A DNA stretch of 64,000 bases from the NCBI RefSeq assembly GCF_009914755.1, contig NC_060935.1; one strand, 5' to 3'. The position numbers were made by a program, and so were the translations under genes. The stretch is from the human T2T-CHM13v2.0 reference genome, Homo sapiens. This document shows, in pieces, positions 37,936 to 49,934 of the stretch (position 1 is its first letter; each line of letters opens with the position of its first letter). The notes beneath the pieces were generated by a model. That model ran no database searches, was not told where the DNA came from, and was given only the letters and a program-made list of their open reading frames with translations.

Positions 37936-38019
37936 AATTCTGTCAGCAAAAATTGAAGTAAAAGAAGATAATGTTTTTCCCCTGAGGTTTTTGGTCAATA
38001 AAACTTTCATTTACACCAT

Positions 38020-38140
38020 GTTACAATTTTCAAACAATTTAGTTCTCACACATATGATATGATAGAAAAGTATCATCTCTGAACTTTAAGTGGGTGTAAT
38101 TCCTATTTTACATCTAAAGCAACTTAGGCCTTTCTAAAGC
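38020..38140 (-). mobile_element. MIR fragment
   Basis: TCCTATTTTACATCTAAAGCAACTTAGGC. Confidence 0.45.
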
Positions 38141-40569
38141 AAATATACTGACTTTATAGCAGCAGTTCCTCAGTAGTAAGGGCCAGATGTGGTGTGTCTG
38201 CTTAGAACTGAAGTGGGAGAGTTTTTCTTTGGTCCAGAGCTCTCATTCCTTCATTCTCTTTTTTATTTTATCTCTGTGCTTTTCCCCAAAGACCACATTG
38301 TTGCTCTTTCTTTCTGGTCACTGCCATTTCTAACTATTCCTACAAGCTGTGTCTTTGCTCCTTTCAGATAATATCCTTCCCTCATTGACCTGATTCCATT
38401 TGTATCCTGAATCAGAGTTTTGTTAAGAAATTTGTTAAAATAAATGTCTTTCAAAAATTTATCTTTCAGTTGTCAAACTGAATACTGAAGCATGTTCAGA
38501 GAAAGGATGCAATGAAGACTTGGTGGAAGGTTGAACAAAGGCATGATTACATGAATTAACATAGCACATTAAGGCAGAATTGTATACCCAAGAGGAAAGC
38601 TCAGAATGAACTACTTGGTGGGTGGTAGTGACTGATTAGCCCTTCATCTTGCTTATGTGTAAGACTCAGGATCAATTTAGAATTTGAACACTCATTAAGA
38701 CACAAAGTATTATTTAGAACATGCATTAATCTAAAAGTTTGGTTGTTTACATGTTATATTTCTAAATCTAATCAGTGCCACAAAACACTGAAGGCCAGGC
38801 TGATGATCCTGGATATCAACTTTCAGTTCCTTCGGTTTGACCTAAAAGAAGTCACCAATGTAAACAGGTGGTAAAGATAGTGACTGAAAACATGACTATC
38901 CCATGGTGGCATGTGTCTGTTAGGTGTATGTGATATCTCATATGCATTAGTGCTTGTATCAGCATCTATTTTTTTAAGTGCTGTTGACTCATGACTGTTC
39001 AAATGTACTTAATAATTCCATTTGCTTCAGCTGTGGCAAACTACTTACACTTAACCAATGTGCTCTATCTACTCTTTTTATTAATAAAGTTCTCTGCCTA
39101 CAAGGACACAAGCTACTTAGTAAACAATCAATAAATATTAGCAATTATTATCTTTTACTTCTCTGATTTTTAAAATCTTAGAAGATTGAATATGTATTAT
39201 CTATATCTCTTTATTTCTAGTAACTAGTTTAATGTTCGATATATAATATTCAACCAGTAAATGTTGGTTTAGATAAATTACAACGGAGTCTTTTCATTAA
39301 AGTTGATTCATGTTTCAATATATGAGTTTTTCTCATATGATTTTTCCAATAGGAAATGTTGTTTTTGTATTATTGCCTATTCCCATGCATATAAGTAGTG
39401 ATAAACTTGTCCATAATGTTCATAGTAGCAGCCTCTGGATTGTACAGGTTAGTTATTGTTATCTGCATATGCTGTTGATTGCAACTAGTAAAGGAGAAGC
39501 AAAAGAAGGCTATATAAGAAAGGCACTTTACAATTTAATTAACCAGGAAAAAAAAACAATTATTTGACTATTTACTGTTGTTAGAATAAACTGCAATTTT
39601 AGGCGCCATTAAATTAGTCATTATAGGCTTAGTAAACTAAATACAAATCAACAAGAAAATATTTGCTTGAATTCAATGAAGACATTTTTTAGATCAGGTA
39701 TATTTTTCCTTCTTAACATGAATCAAAGAAAAAGGGACAATATTGTAAATACTTTGCAGGTTAGCAATTAGAAAACTAAGACACATGGGAATTGAGTGTA
39801 GTGATTTTCTCAAATAAAGTGATGTATGTTATTTAGGTATAAATAACATACATCTCATTAACTCAAATCTAAATCTCCCAACTTCAATATACTGAAGGAT
39901 TTTAATAAAGTACTATTTTCATTGTTCATTCTTTTGGATAAGTCATTCCTTTTGTGTGGAAAAGATACTAGCTCAGCAAGACTAATCTATATACGCTTTT
40001 CAAGCTAAGTGACTAGAAGAGAAAAACAGAGCAGTTAAGAATTTCAGGCATAAATATAAAATTTGAAATGTGGATAAAATAAATTTGATGTGGGCAGTAT
40101 CATTACTACTTGTAGAGAAATTTCTGAAAATGTTAGAATAAACAGCATTGTAAATAATAATAATTTAATGCATATTTCTTTGGAGATCGATGGTACACAG
40201 AAGCTTATTTAACATATAAAATCATATTAGTGAAATAGGGTTTGAAATATTTTTAATCAAATGATTTTTTTCTTAAAATTCATTTTTATTATATGTCTTG
40301 GAAATAACGTTAGTTTACAATTACCACTCTACTTCATACATTAAATGACTCAGCTAATAGATGTGGTTGGTTAAACATTGCATCTATTTTCTACTGGAAT
40401 AACCACCATCACTTATACTGTTAGTTCTATATTTCGCATCTGTGTTGATGTAAAATACTACAAAATCAGGGCCTGAAGCTTTATTTGTATAATTCTTAGC
40501 ACTCATTCAGCAATATCAGCACACTTCATTTTTGATACTGTTTACACTCATTATAGGTGGAGCTGGGGT

Positions 40570-40701
40570 TTATTTATTTATTGTAGAGACAGGGTCTCAC
40601 TTTGTTGCCCAGGCTAGTCTCAAACTCCTGGCCTCAAGCGGTCCTCCCACCTTGGTCCCCGAAAGTGCTGGGAATGTGGCTTTCAGCCACTACACCTCGC
40701 T
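40570..40701 (-). mobile_element. FLAM / Alu left monomer
   Basis: GTAGAGACAGGGTCTCACTTTGTTGCCCAGGCTAGTCTCAAACTCCTGGCCTCAAGCGGTCCTCCCACC. Confidence 0.9.
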
Positions 40702-41915
40702 GAAGGAGCTGCTTTTTAAATATACGAATTGTGCTTATGTTCTAGAGATAATATTCTGAGATCTTCCAATTTATTACTAGTGAGTAATACATTATATATC
40801 TGAATGTTTTGCTTTGTGCTTTCTCTCTAAGTTTTGGTGTTAATTCCTAGACAAAATATTTTATTAATTAGACTCATGATATGAGCCTTTGTTACTGCAG
40901 CATATGAACACAATAATATGGGGATATAATCTATAGGAATATTGGAAAATTAAATAGTTCATCAGAGATTAAACTGAGACTAGAAAAGAACTCTCTGGTT
41001 AAGATGGAAAAAGTAAGGAAGAGAGAAAAAGTAAGTTGGCAACTACCAGCAGAAAGATTATGATTCTGCCCTTCCTTGCCCTTGGGTCCCAGAGAAGGTC
41101 GCAACACCTCTGCTCCTTGTATAATTTAAAGGCCTCTGGAGTGTTTAAGTGTAGAAAGTCACTTGCTACTGCCTGGATTTTGCCTTTTGGATGACAGGAG
41201 ACAAAGGGATCACAAATCAAATACAACAATACAGTAGAAATAACACCAGTAGAAGGAAAAATGGTAGTTTGACTGATACAGAGCTGAAAGAAAATTCCTT
41301 GCTGCTTTCAGGATATAAAATGTTCATTAAGTATGAAGGAAATTCTAGGAGGCTGGATGTTGAAGAAAACGAACCCTGAAAACTTGATTTTTTTCACCCC
41401 TCTAAGAAACTATTTAATGTTTAAGCTTCATTTGAATGACTTTTTATACTGAAGGCACCTTGTAAACTTAATGCCTATGTATAGCCTAAAAACTTAATGC
41501 ATAATATCTGTATTATATTTTCTATTAATTAGATGTACTTATAAAACTTTTTGAGAAAAATACTTATTTTGTATTTCAGTTATTCTAAGTAATGCTATGA
41601 AATAAAATAGCATGCCAACTGTAAACATTTCATGAAATTGATATGATGGAGTGTAATTTATGAATGATCACATGTATTATCATACTACAGGTATCTCTGA
41701 GAAGGCATGGCAGAAAATAAGATACCTGGCTGATTAATATACACTCTTAAAAAAATCAATAGTTGAAGCTTGCTCTTTCAGTCACTTTGACTTCTGTTTC
41801 TTAATAATTTATCTCTTTATAGTCTGTTTTGTGGACATATTGCGGCATGTTGAGGAACTCAGTTGGTATTTGATTAGGAAGCAATATGAGGGCACATTTA
41901 TCGAAGCCCTTAAGC

Positions 41916-42148
41916 ACGGTTGTTCAACAATGTTGCTATTGACATTATGAGCCATTCTGGTGGGGGCGGGGGGGGCATGTTCTGTGCATTGTAGTATGTT
42001 TAGCAGCGTCCCTGACCTCCATTCGCTAGATAGTAGGAGCCTTCTCCTCAGAATCCCAGCCCCAGCTAATTGTCACAACCAAATTGTCCTAACCAAATTT
42101 GTCAAATGTACTTTTGAAGGCAAAATTGTCCCTGAGTAAGGACAACTG
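41916..42148 (-). mobile_element. MER20 (hAT-Charlie MITE)
   Basis: GCTATTGACATT...TCTGTGCATTGTAGTATGTTTAGCAGCGTCCCTGACCTC...GGCAAAATTGTCCC...ACAACTG. Confidence 0.88.
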
Positions 42149-42269
42149 TCTGAGACAATTATAGCGATTGCATTTTACTCCTCAGTGATTGATTTAGAAA
42201 TAATGAAACACATCTAGGTCAAAATCAAGTTTTATAAGTTGTAAAATTAGGGAAGCAAAGAGGGAAGAA

Positions 42270-42470
42270 CTTCTGAGCCAAACGGAGTTAGAGTCCAGTT
42301 ATGATTCTGTGAATTTCATTAAGCTACTTAATTTCACAGAGCCTCAGATTTTTCAGCTGTAAGTGGACATAATAGCATCTATGTCTAGAATTGTTTTGGG
42401 AACTAGGAAAAATGAATGTGAACTCCTTAACAGATTACCTGGAATATGGTAAATACTCTTCTGTTAAACA
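42270..42470 (+). mobile_element. MIR
   Basis: CTACTTAATTTCACAGAGCCTCAGATTTTTCAGCTGTAAGTGGACATAATAGCATCTA. Confidence 0.8.
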
Positions 42471-44759
42471 TTAATGCTTGAGATGATGAAAGAATACCAA
42501 AGCATGGGGATTGTATTAGGAAACACTTTGAAAAATTTGATGGGAAAATATTGATACTCCATAAAATTTAAATTCATTCAGATCTCACATGTAGATATAT
42601 ATTTTATTTTTATTAAAATGCTAATAATATGTTTGATTTTTATAATTAATATTGAATTCCTAACAAATTCAAATAAATTTAATGCTAATAGAAACATAAC
42701 AAGGTGTAGCTATTTGAAGACCTACATTTTTAGAATGTGTGTTTCAAGAAGTCATGAGAAGAAATTTGACATAGTATCATAAACTGAGACCAATAACATA
42801 AGAAGTATGCCATATAAAGTTAACTCCTCTAAAAAAAATCAACAAACGTGTGGTTCAAATTGTACTTGTTAAATCTAAGAGGTAGAACAGGACTTAGTGC
42901 CTCATAGTTGCACTTTATACCTCTGTGTAAAAGTGATTATACTTCATACACCTGAATTTTCTTAAAAACTAATTTACTTATGTATTTATTTACCTGAAGG
43001 CCACAGATCCACTGGGAAGGGAAATAAAGTCTCACAGGGAATATTCCTTTAGAGAAATAAATTCATATTTGATTTGTTAAATATTTGGCAGATTCTGTAC
43101 TTTTAGCTGTTTATATGCATAAATAGAAACTTCAGAAATACCGAATGACTCCTAGATATTTATACTCTTCTATTTTTCAAGTTAAAACAATAATCTGTTT
43201 TGTTAATATATTCATTCTTTTAAATTTAAAGGTAGAGATTTTAAAGAAAATAAAGGAGAATAGAAATGATAAAGAATGGGACAACAACAAATAAGAGATG
43301 AAACCAATGAGAAAGGCAGACACACTCACAAAGACAGAAATGGAGAATAGAAGATATCGGAAAAGCAGCCACTAAGATGTTTTCAACTAATCTACACTGG
43401 CATCTGTAGCAATATGTAAATATTGCTGCTTGTGATTCATAAGATTATGTTGTGCTTTCATAGCTATATTCACATATGGAACATCTATGCCTGTCACTTG
43501 CCTCAGCTGCTAGATAAAATTAGGTCGCAATTTATTTTGGCACAACTGGTGAATAAAGCTAAGTCTGGAATTCACAAGTAGGTCTTTCTTCATTGAAACT
43601 CATGTATACATTCTCATGCCAGCAGCACCTCCTGCCACACAAAGTGTGGTCAGATACAGAGAAGCAGTTAGGAGCTGTGTGCCTGCAAAACATTCCTTTA
43701 TTTTCTCCTTACCGTTTTCTCATTACATTTTGGTAAATGAGAATGTTCTATAACATACTCAAAACAGAAGGGCCCAGAAGCCTCACTGAAAAGTACTGAA
43801 GATTGTTAAATGTTCCAGTAGAATTTGGGTTATTATTAGTTGTATAGGAACTGTTTATTAAGAAACAATGTGCTTAATCTATAATTATCTGAAGCATTTG
43901 GAGTAGATAATTCATGTGGTAAATTTGAGTTATTGAGATATCATAATTATTGTTTAGCTTCAATTTAATTGTTTAATTGTATTATTAATGTGTAATTTAA
44001 TTTGGAGGCAACAGTTTCATTGGTGGACTCTATACAAATCATCTAAAATTTCATTCATTATTGGCAATACTTAAACCAATTCTGAGTATTTATTATTAAA
44101 TGAGAAATTCTTTAAAGAGTCTAGGTTGCTGTTTAGCATGTTATCATCTTACTGACTTTCTGGCACCTTGTTTACCTATCTTTTATTCTTCTTGTGCATA
44201 TAGGCTGAGATCTTTGGGAAATTATCTCAATATTTTACATTGAAATTCTATGTCTCAAAAGGAAAGATTAATAAAAATAATATATGAATGTTTTATTAGA
44301 GTTTTGCAATTATTTTAGGTTATTATTAGGCTTCATTATTTTAACAAAAAGAAGACTTTCTTGGTGAATGTATTTTAAAGTTAAATAAGATTTATTACAC
44401 CTAGAGGTTTATAGAAACATAATGCAGAACAAGGTTTATGGTTCTTCCATATTTTCTTAATTTTGTCAGCTAATGGTATGATTCTTATTCATTTCTATTG
44501 CTTTGTTAAGCTGGTAAAATGTCTACAGATTTTTCATCTCTAACAGATAATAGGAAAATGTTATATGAAAGTATAATAAAGCACATATTAAAAACTTAAA
44601 GTCCATTAGCATGTGCTTTAGGTAAATTTCACTGATCAAAGCTACTAGAGAATATTAAATAATTTATATGCATATCTTGAATTCTTTTTAAAGACACACA
44701 TTCTAATTCATTTCGAACAAGACTAAAGTGTTAGATCAGCAAGAGCAGACTGACTCTTC

Positions 44760-45035
44760 TGGAGAAATGGAAAGAGCAGAGGGAGCACACATAGGAAAAA
44801 AGAGAAAGGGGAAAATGATGAAAAGAGGAAGAAGTATGTAAAGGAAATCTAAGAAAATTGAAAATGGGGGAAGAGGAGAGAATGAAGAAGAGGAAAAAAG
44901 GGGAAGAATTCAGATAGGGAAGAGAGGGAGAATAGGAAGAGGGAGAGGAGGAAGAAGATAAAGAAGGATAAAAGAATGAAATGGAGAGGAAAGGAAAGGG
45001 AAAACAAAGAGAAAGGAAGAGTTGGAAGAAGGCAA
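44760..45035. repeat. purine-rich (GA) low-complexity tract
   Basis: Almost entirely A/G on the plus strand for ~270 bp. Confidence 0.9.
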
Positions 45036-46940
45036 GGCCAGTGAGGCAGAAAGAGTTACATTGGTTAAGTATCCTGAGGTGAAGAATTACATGCCTACAT
45101 TTCTGAATTGTCACTCTGGAATTTTGATCCATGGCTTAGTTCTTCAACATTAAAAAAAATATATGAACAGGAAAATAAAACCAAAAGACAAACAAACAAA
45201 GACTAAGGAATTGGTTTTTAAACAACAATCCAAAATTGCCAGCCAGTTCCCTGTGTTTCTGGGAGCTATGTCTAGATTGAAGTAAATGTACATTATAGAT
45301 TTATTACTGCTTAATATGCATTTATGCCTCATTTTACTTTGCTAGACCTTTGAGTATCCTGGCTAGAGAAGAAAACATTTGACTTTCCTAGATCTGAATT
45401 CTACCCCAATAGTCTCAATATACTACTGGTGAGATGTGGAAAATTCTTCCCAGACTTTGGGAATGGTGTTATCCTACAAAGAGAACTTTAAGAGTTAGAG
45501 AAAGCTTCAATACAAACACAAGAACTATTTCTGTGTGCTCTGCCTGCATATTCAAATATCAAGCCATTTCCTTACTACTCTCCTTAATTCTGCTAACTGG
45601 ATTTGATTGTATTTAATGTATGGACGTAGACACAGAGATGAATAAAACATAACTCACAATGTCTCTCCACATGTATTAACCCATATTAAGTACACATGAA
45701 ATAGCAGAATGTAGATAAATTAAGCAGTATTTTATCAATATCTGAGTTAGTAGGCCAAGGTAAAGCAGGTTGAGTTGAAGCACACAGGTACAACTGGAAG
45801 CTTCAGTAGAGCCTACTGATCACTATTGAATCTGAATCTTGGAATTTGTAGCATAAAAAAAAAGTTGAAGAACAGGTGGGTTAGAGTAGGAAATTTGAAT
45901 AAGCACATTCTGAAATAATTTATATACCCAGGCACCATAAATCAGGAAGGGATAATAGGCTCTCCAGGTCCAAAAGAGGGCACATACAGTCTATTGGTTG
46001 CATGAAGCAGATGCATGAAGTAGAACGAGAAGAATATTAGCAAGAACAGAAAATGGGGTTCCTGCTTCCAAGGCATACAAATATAACCTACTAGGAATTA
46101 TTGCCCAGTGACTGTCTGGAGCATTAAAGTACCAGAGAAGAAACATAGAAATGGGGTACCCAGAAGCTAATTTAGCATGGGAAGATACAGCTAATAGTTC
46201 CCCTGTTCCTACATTCCAGTAAAGTCAAGACTTCCAGGATGGTTCTTTTGTTGTATAATTTCCAGATAAAGCCAGACTCTCCAAGCAGTATGGAGCTTGA
46301 CCGAGTCTGGGGTGAAATTTTAAAGTGGCTGTGACCTCTGGCTTTTGGTTACTGTGACCCCGAGTCATCAAGTTGAATTGATAGCCATTCTGGAAATGTA
46401 CTGATCTAGTGGGAGCCTAAATTGCAATTATAGATTAATAGGAAATGTTTGCAAATTATTGAAACTATTTGCTACATTTTTGTAATATTATATGCCTCAG
46501 AGTCATTGTAAGCACTATCTATTGCCTAATATAATACTCATAAACAATTAGTTAAATGTGAGGAATGTAAAAGACTTACAGATCAGCCCCTTAGTTCACT
46601 ACTCAGCACAGTATTGCACACCATTCAGACATAATAACACATTTTTTCAGTCTTTTTCTTTTAAGATTCATTTATTTTTATGCATTTAAGCATATACAAA
46701 TCACCTTACATTTTTCAGAGACATAACCGGGGGATTTTACACACACAGGGAAGCCGCTTCAAACGTAGAGGTGTTCTAACCAATTTCCTCATCTCTCAAA
46801 GAGCACCCATTACTGCATTTATGATGTCCAATCAAATTTCGGTACCTCATTTGAGATGAGTACAATAGGCTCACCCTCTCTGTTCTTTAGTAGCAACACT
46901 AAGTGGCAAGCTGTCAGAATTTTTGAAAGAGATCTTTTTT

Positions 46941-49934
46941 AGGAGGTGTTATCAAGATGGTTGAGTAGAGTCATTCAGCACTCATGTCCTCCACAAAGAA
47001 GAACCAAAGCAACGAATTGATAACCACATGTCCAGTAGAGCTTCTGAGAAAAAACACTGGAAAGGAAGGAATTAACAAAGATCCCGATCTCGTGAAGCAT
47101 GGAAACTTAACATGGCAGCGTAGAGAGGGAAGCAAAGCTGCCTGCCACATTCGCACAACGGATGCCTGCAGTCCTGATACAGGAGAGCCCTACAGCCCTC
47201 ACAGGCCCTCAACTTCCTGGAGTCCCTGTGACTGCATTGTCCCAGAGAGAAAAATTCATGCTAGGCCTTCCTTATCCTTGAGACCCAGGCTGCTGCTTCA
47301 TAGCACCATTTTGAGAGATGAGCAAACATCAGACTACATCTTGTCCTGGGGCACAATAGCATCTGCATCTCCAAATCCCTGGAACTCCACTAACATTTCC
47401 CCACATACACCGAAAGGGCTGGAAGCGTTCCAACACCAGATGGACCCAGCAGTGCAGTTACCTTCCCACCATCCCAGCCCATACTGTACTCGGTACCCCA
47501 AAGAAGAGGCTGTCCAGTACATAGGGGAGGCTGTCATCAAGACAAAAGGAGCCATAGTACCTGCTTCTAAAACCCTAAGGGCCACCTTCTTAGGGCTACA
47601 AAACACTCTATCTGCTACAGCAGCTGGCTGCTGTGCACCTGCCTGTTGCCTAGAGACTGAGAACCAGCCCACATGTGACCTGTCACAGCCACCACTGAAG
47701 CTCAGGCTTGCTGAGCAGGGGTTGGAGGACTGTTCACCTGGTCCAGGACCCAATGGCTTCACTGCTGAATTCTACCAAACATTTAAAGAAGAACTGGTAG
47801 CAATTTTTCTCAAACCTTTCTGAGAAATAGACGCAAAGGGAATACTTCTAAACTCATTCTACAAGGCCAGCATTACCCTGATTCCAAAAGCAGACAAGGA
47901 CACAACAACAAAAAACTACAGGCCAATATCCCTAATGTACATAGATGCAATAATTCTCAACAAAATATTAGCAAACTTAAATCCAACACCACATCAAAAA
48001 CATGACACACCATGATCACACAGGTTTTATCCCAGAAATGCAAGGATGCTTCAACATACAAATATGGTTTTTTGTCCTTTATTCTGTTGTTGTGAGATAT
48101 CATGACTCTCTCTATAGATACAGAAAAAAAATACCATTCAACATTCCTTTATGATAAAATCTCTCAACAAATTAGATATAGAAGGAACATACCTCAACAC
48201 AGTAAGGGTTATATGACAAATCCATGGATAACATCCAATTGAATAAAGAAATGCTAAAATATTTTTCTCTAACAACCAGAACAAAACAAAGATGTGTTCC
48301 TCTACCCCACTTATTCAATGCAGTACAAAAAGTCCTAGACATGAAAATAGGCATGAGAAAGAAATAAAGAGCATCCAAATTAGAAAAGAGAAAGTCAAAT
48401 TTTCCCTCTTTGCACATGACACAGTCTTATATATAGAAAACCTAAAGACTTTGCCAAAAAGTTCTTAGAACTGATAAATAAATTCACTAAAGTTGCTGGT
48501 TACAAAATCAATATACCAAAAGCAGTAGCATTTCTATATACCAATATGAAATACCTGAGAAAGCGATTTAGTTTATTATAGCAACAAAAAATCCCATAGG
48601 AATAAAAGTAATCAAGGAGGTGAAAGATCTCTGTGATAGAAACTATAAAACATTGATGAAAAAATAGAAAAGAACATAATAAAATTGGGAAGACATCCCA
48701 TGATCATCTATCAGCAGAATTTATGTTGGTAAAATGACCATACTATCTAAAGCAATCCATAGATTCAATGCAATCCCTATCAAAATACCAATGGCATCTT
48801 CACATAAATAGAACAAAAATTCTAAAATCAGTAAGGAACTACAAAGTCCCTTAATTGCCAAAGGAACACTGGACAAAAAGAACAAAGCTGGAGGAATTAC
48901 ATTAACTGACTTCAAAATACACTGCAAAGCAATAGTAACCAAACAGCATGCTATTAGGATAAAAGCAGACACATAGACCAATGGAATGGGATAGATAACC
49001 CAGACATAAATCCACATACTCACAGCCAACTAATTTTTGACAAGGCTGTCAAGAACTAAGAACATACACTGGGGAAAGGAGGATTTCTTCAATAAATGGT
49101 TCTGGGAACACCGGATACCCATTTGCAGAAGAATGATCCTAGACCCTGATCTCTCCTCATATGCAAAAATCACTCAAAAGAGATTAAAGACTTAAATGTA
49201 AGACTACAAACTATAAAACTATATTTACAAAAAGTAGGAGAGGTTCTTCAGAACATTGGTCTAGGTAAAGATTTTATGGGTAAGCTCTCAAAAGTACAGG
49301 CATCAAAAACAAAATTTGACAAATGGTATTATTTACAACACAAACGTCTTCACACAGCAATAAAATCTATCAACAGAAGAAAAAGACAATCTGTAGAATG
49401 GGAAGAAATATTTATAAACTAGTCTTTCCACAAGGGACTAATATCCATAATACACAAGGAACTAACAATTCAACTGCAAAAGAAAAAAAAAATCTGACTT
49501 AAAATTCAGCAAAGGAGCTGAATAGACATTTCTTAAAAAAAGAACAAATGACCAACAGGTATAAGAAAAAATGTTCAATGTCACTTATTATTCAAAGAAA
49601 TGCAAATCAAAATGACAACGAGATATAATCTCACTATCCTGGATGAAGAGAAAAGGAAATTCTTATACGTTGTTGATGGAAATGTAAATTAGTACAGTCA
49701 TTAAGAAAAAAAGCATGGAGGCTTCTCATAAAACTAAAGATGGAAGTTCCATATGATCCAGCAATCCCAGTACTGTGTATTTACAATATTACAGGAAAGA
49801 AAATCACGGTATCAAAGAGAGAGCTGCACCCCATATGTTTCAGCACTATTTACAATAGTCAAGATAGAGTCAACCTGTGTTCATAAAGAGATGAATGGAT
49901 AAAGTGTGGTATATACATGCAATGAAATACTATT
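46941..49934 (+). mobile_element. internally deleted old L1 (L1PB/L1MA-type): 5'UTR (46941-47740) joined to ORF2 RT region through to near the 3' end, no polyA
   Basis: L1 start GGAGG..TCAAGATGG. At 47741, GTCCAGGACCCAATGGCTTCACTGCTGAATTCTACCAAACATTTAAAGAAGAA = PGPNGFTAEFYQTFKEEL, then continuous decayed ORF2. Confidence 0.92.

Noticed and set aside
46868-46880. Minus-strand donor AGG|GTGAGC next to L1 5' end (antisense-promoter exon)
   Set aside because: Single motif. Antisense promoter activity is established for young L1PA, not for this older 5'UTR.
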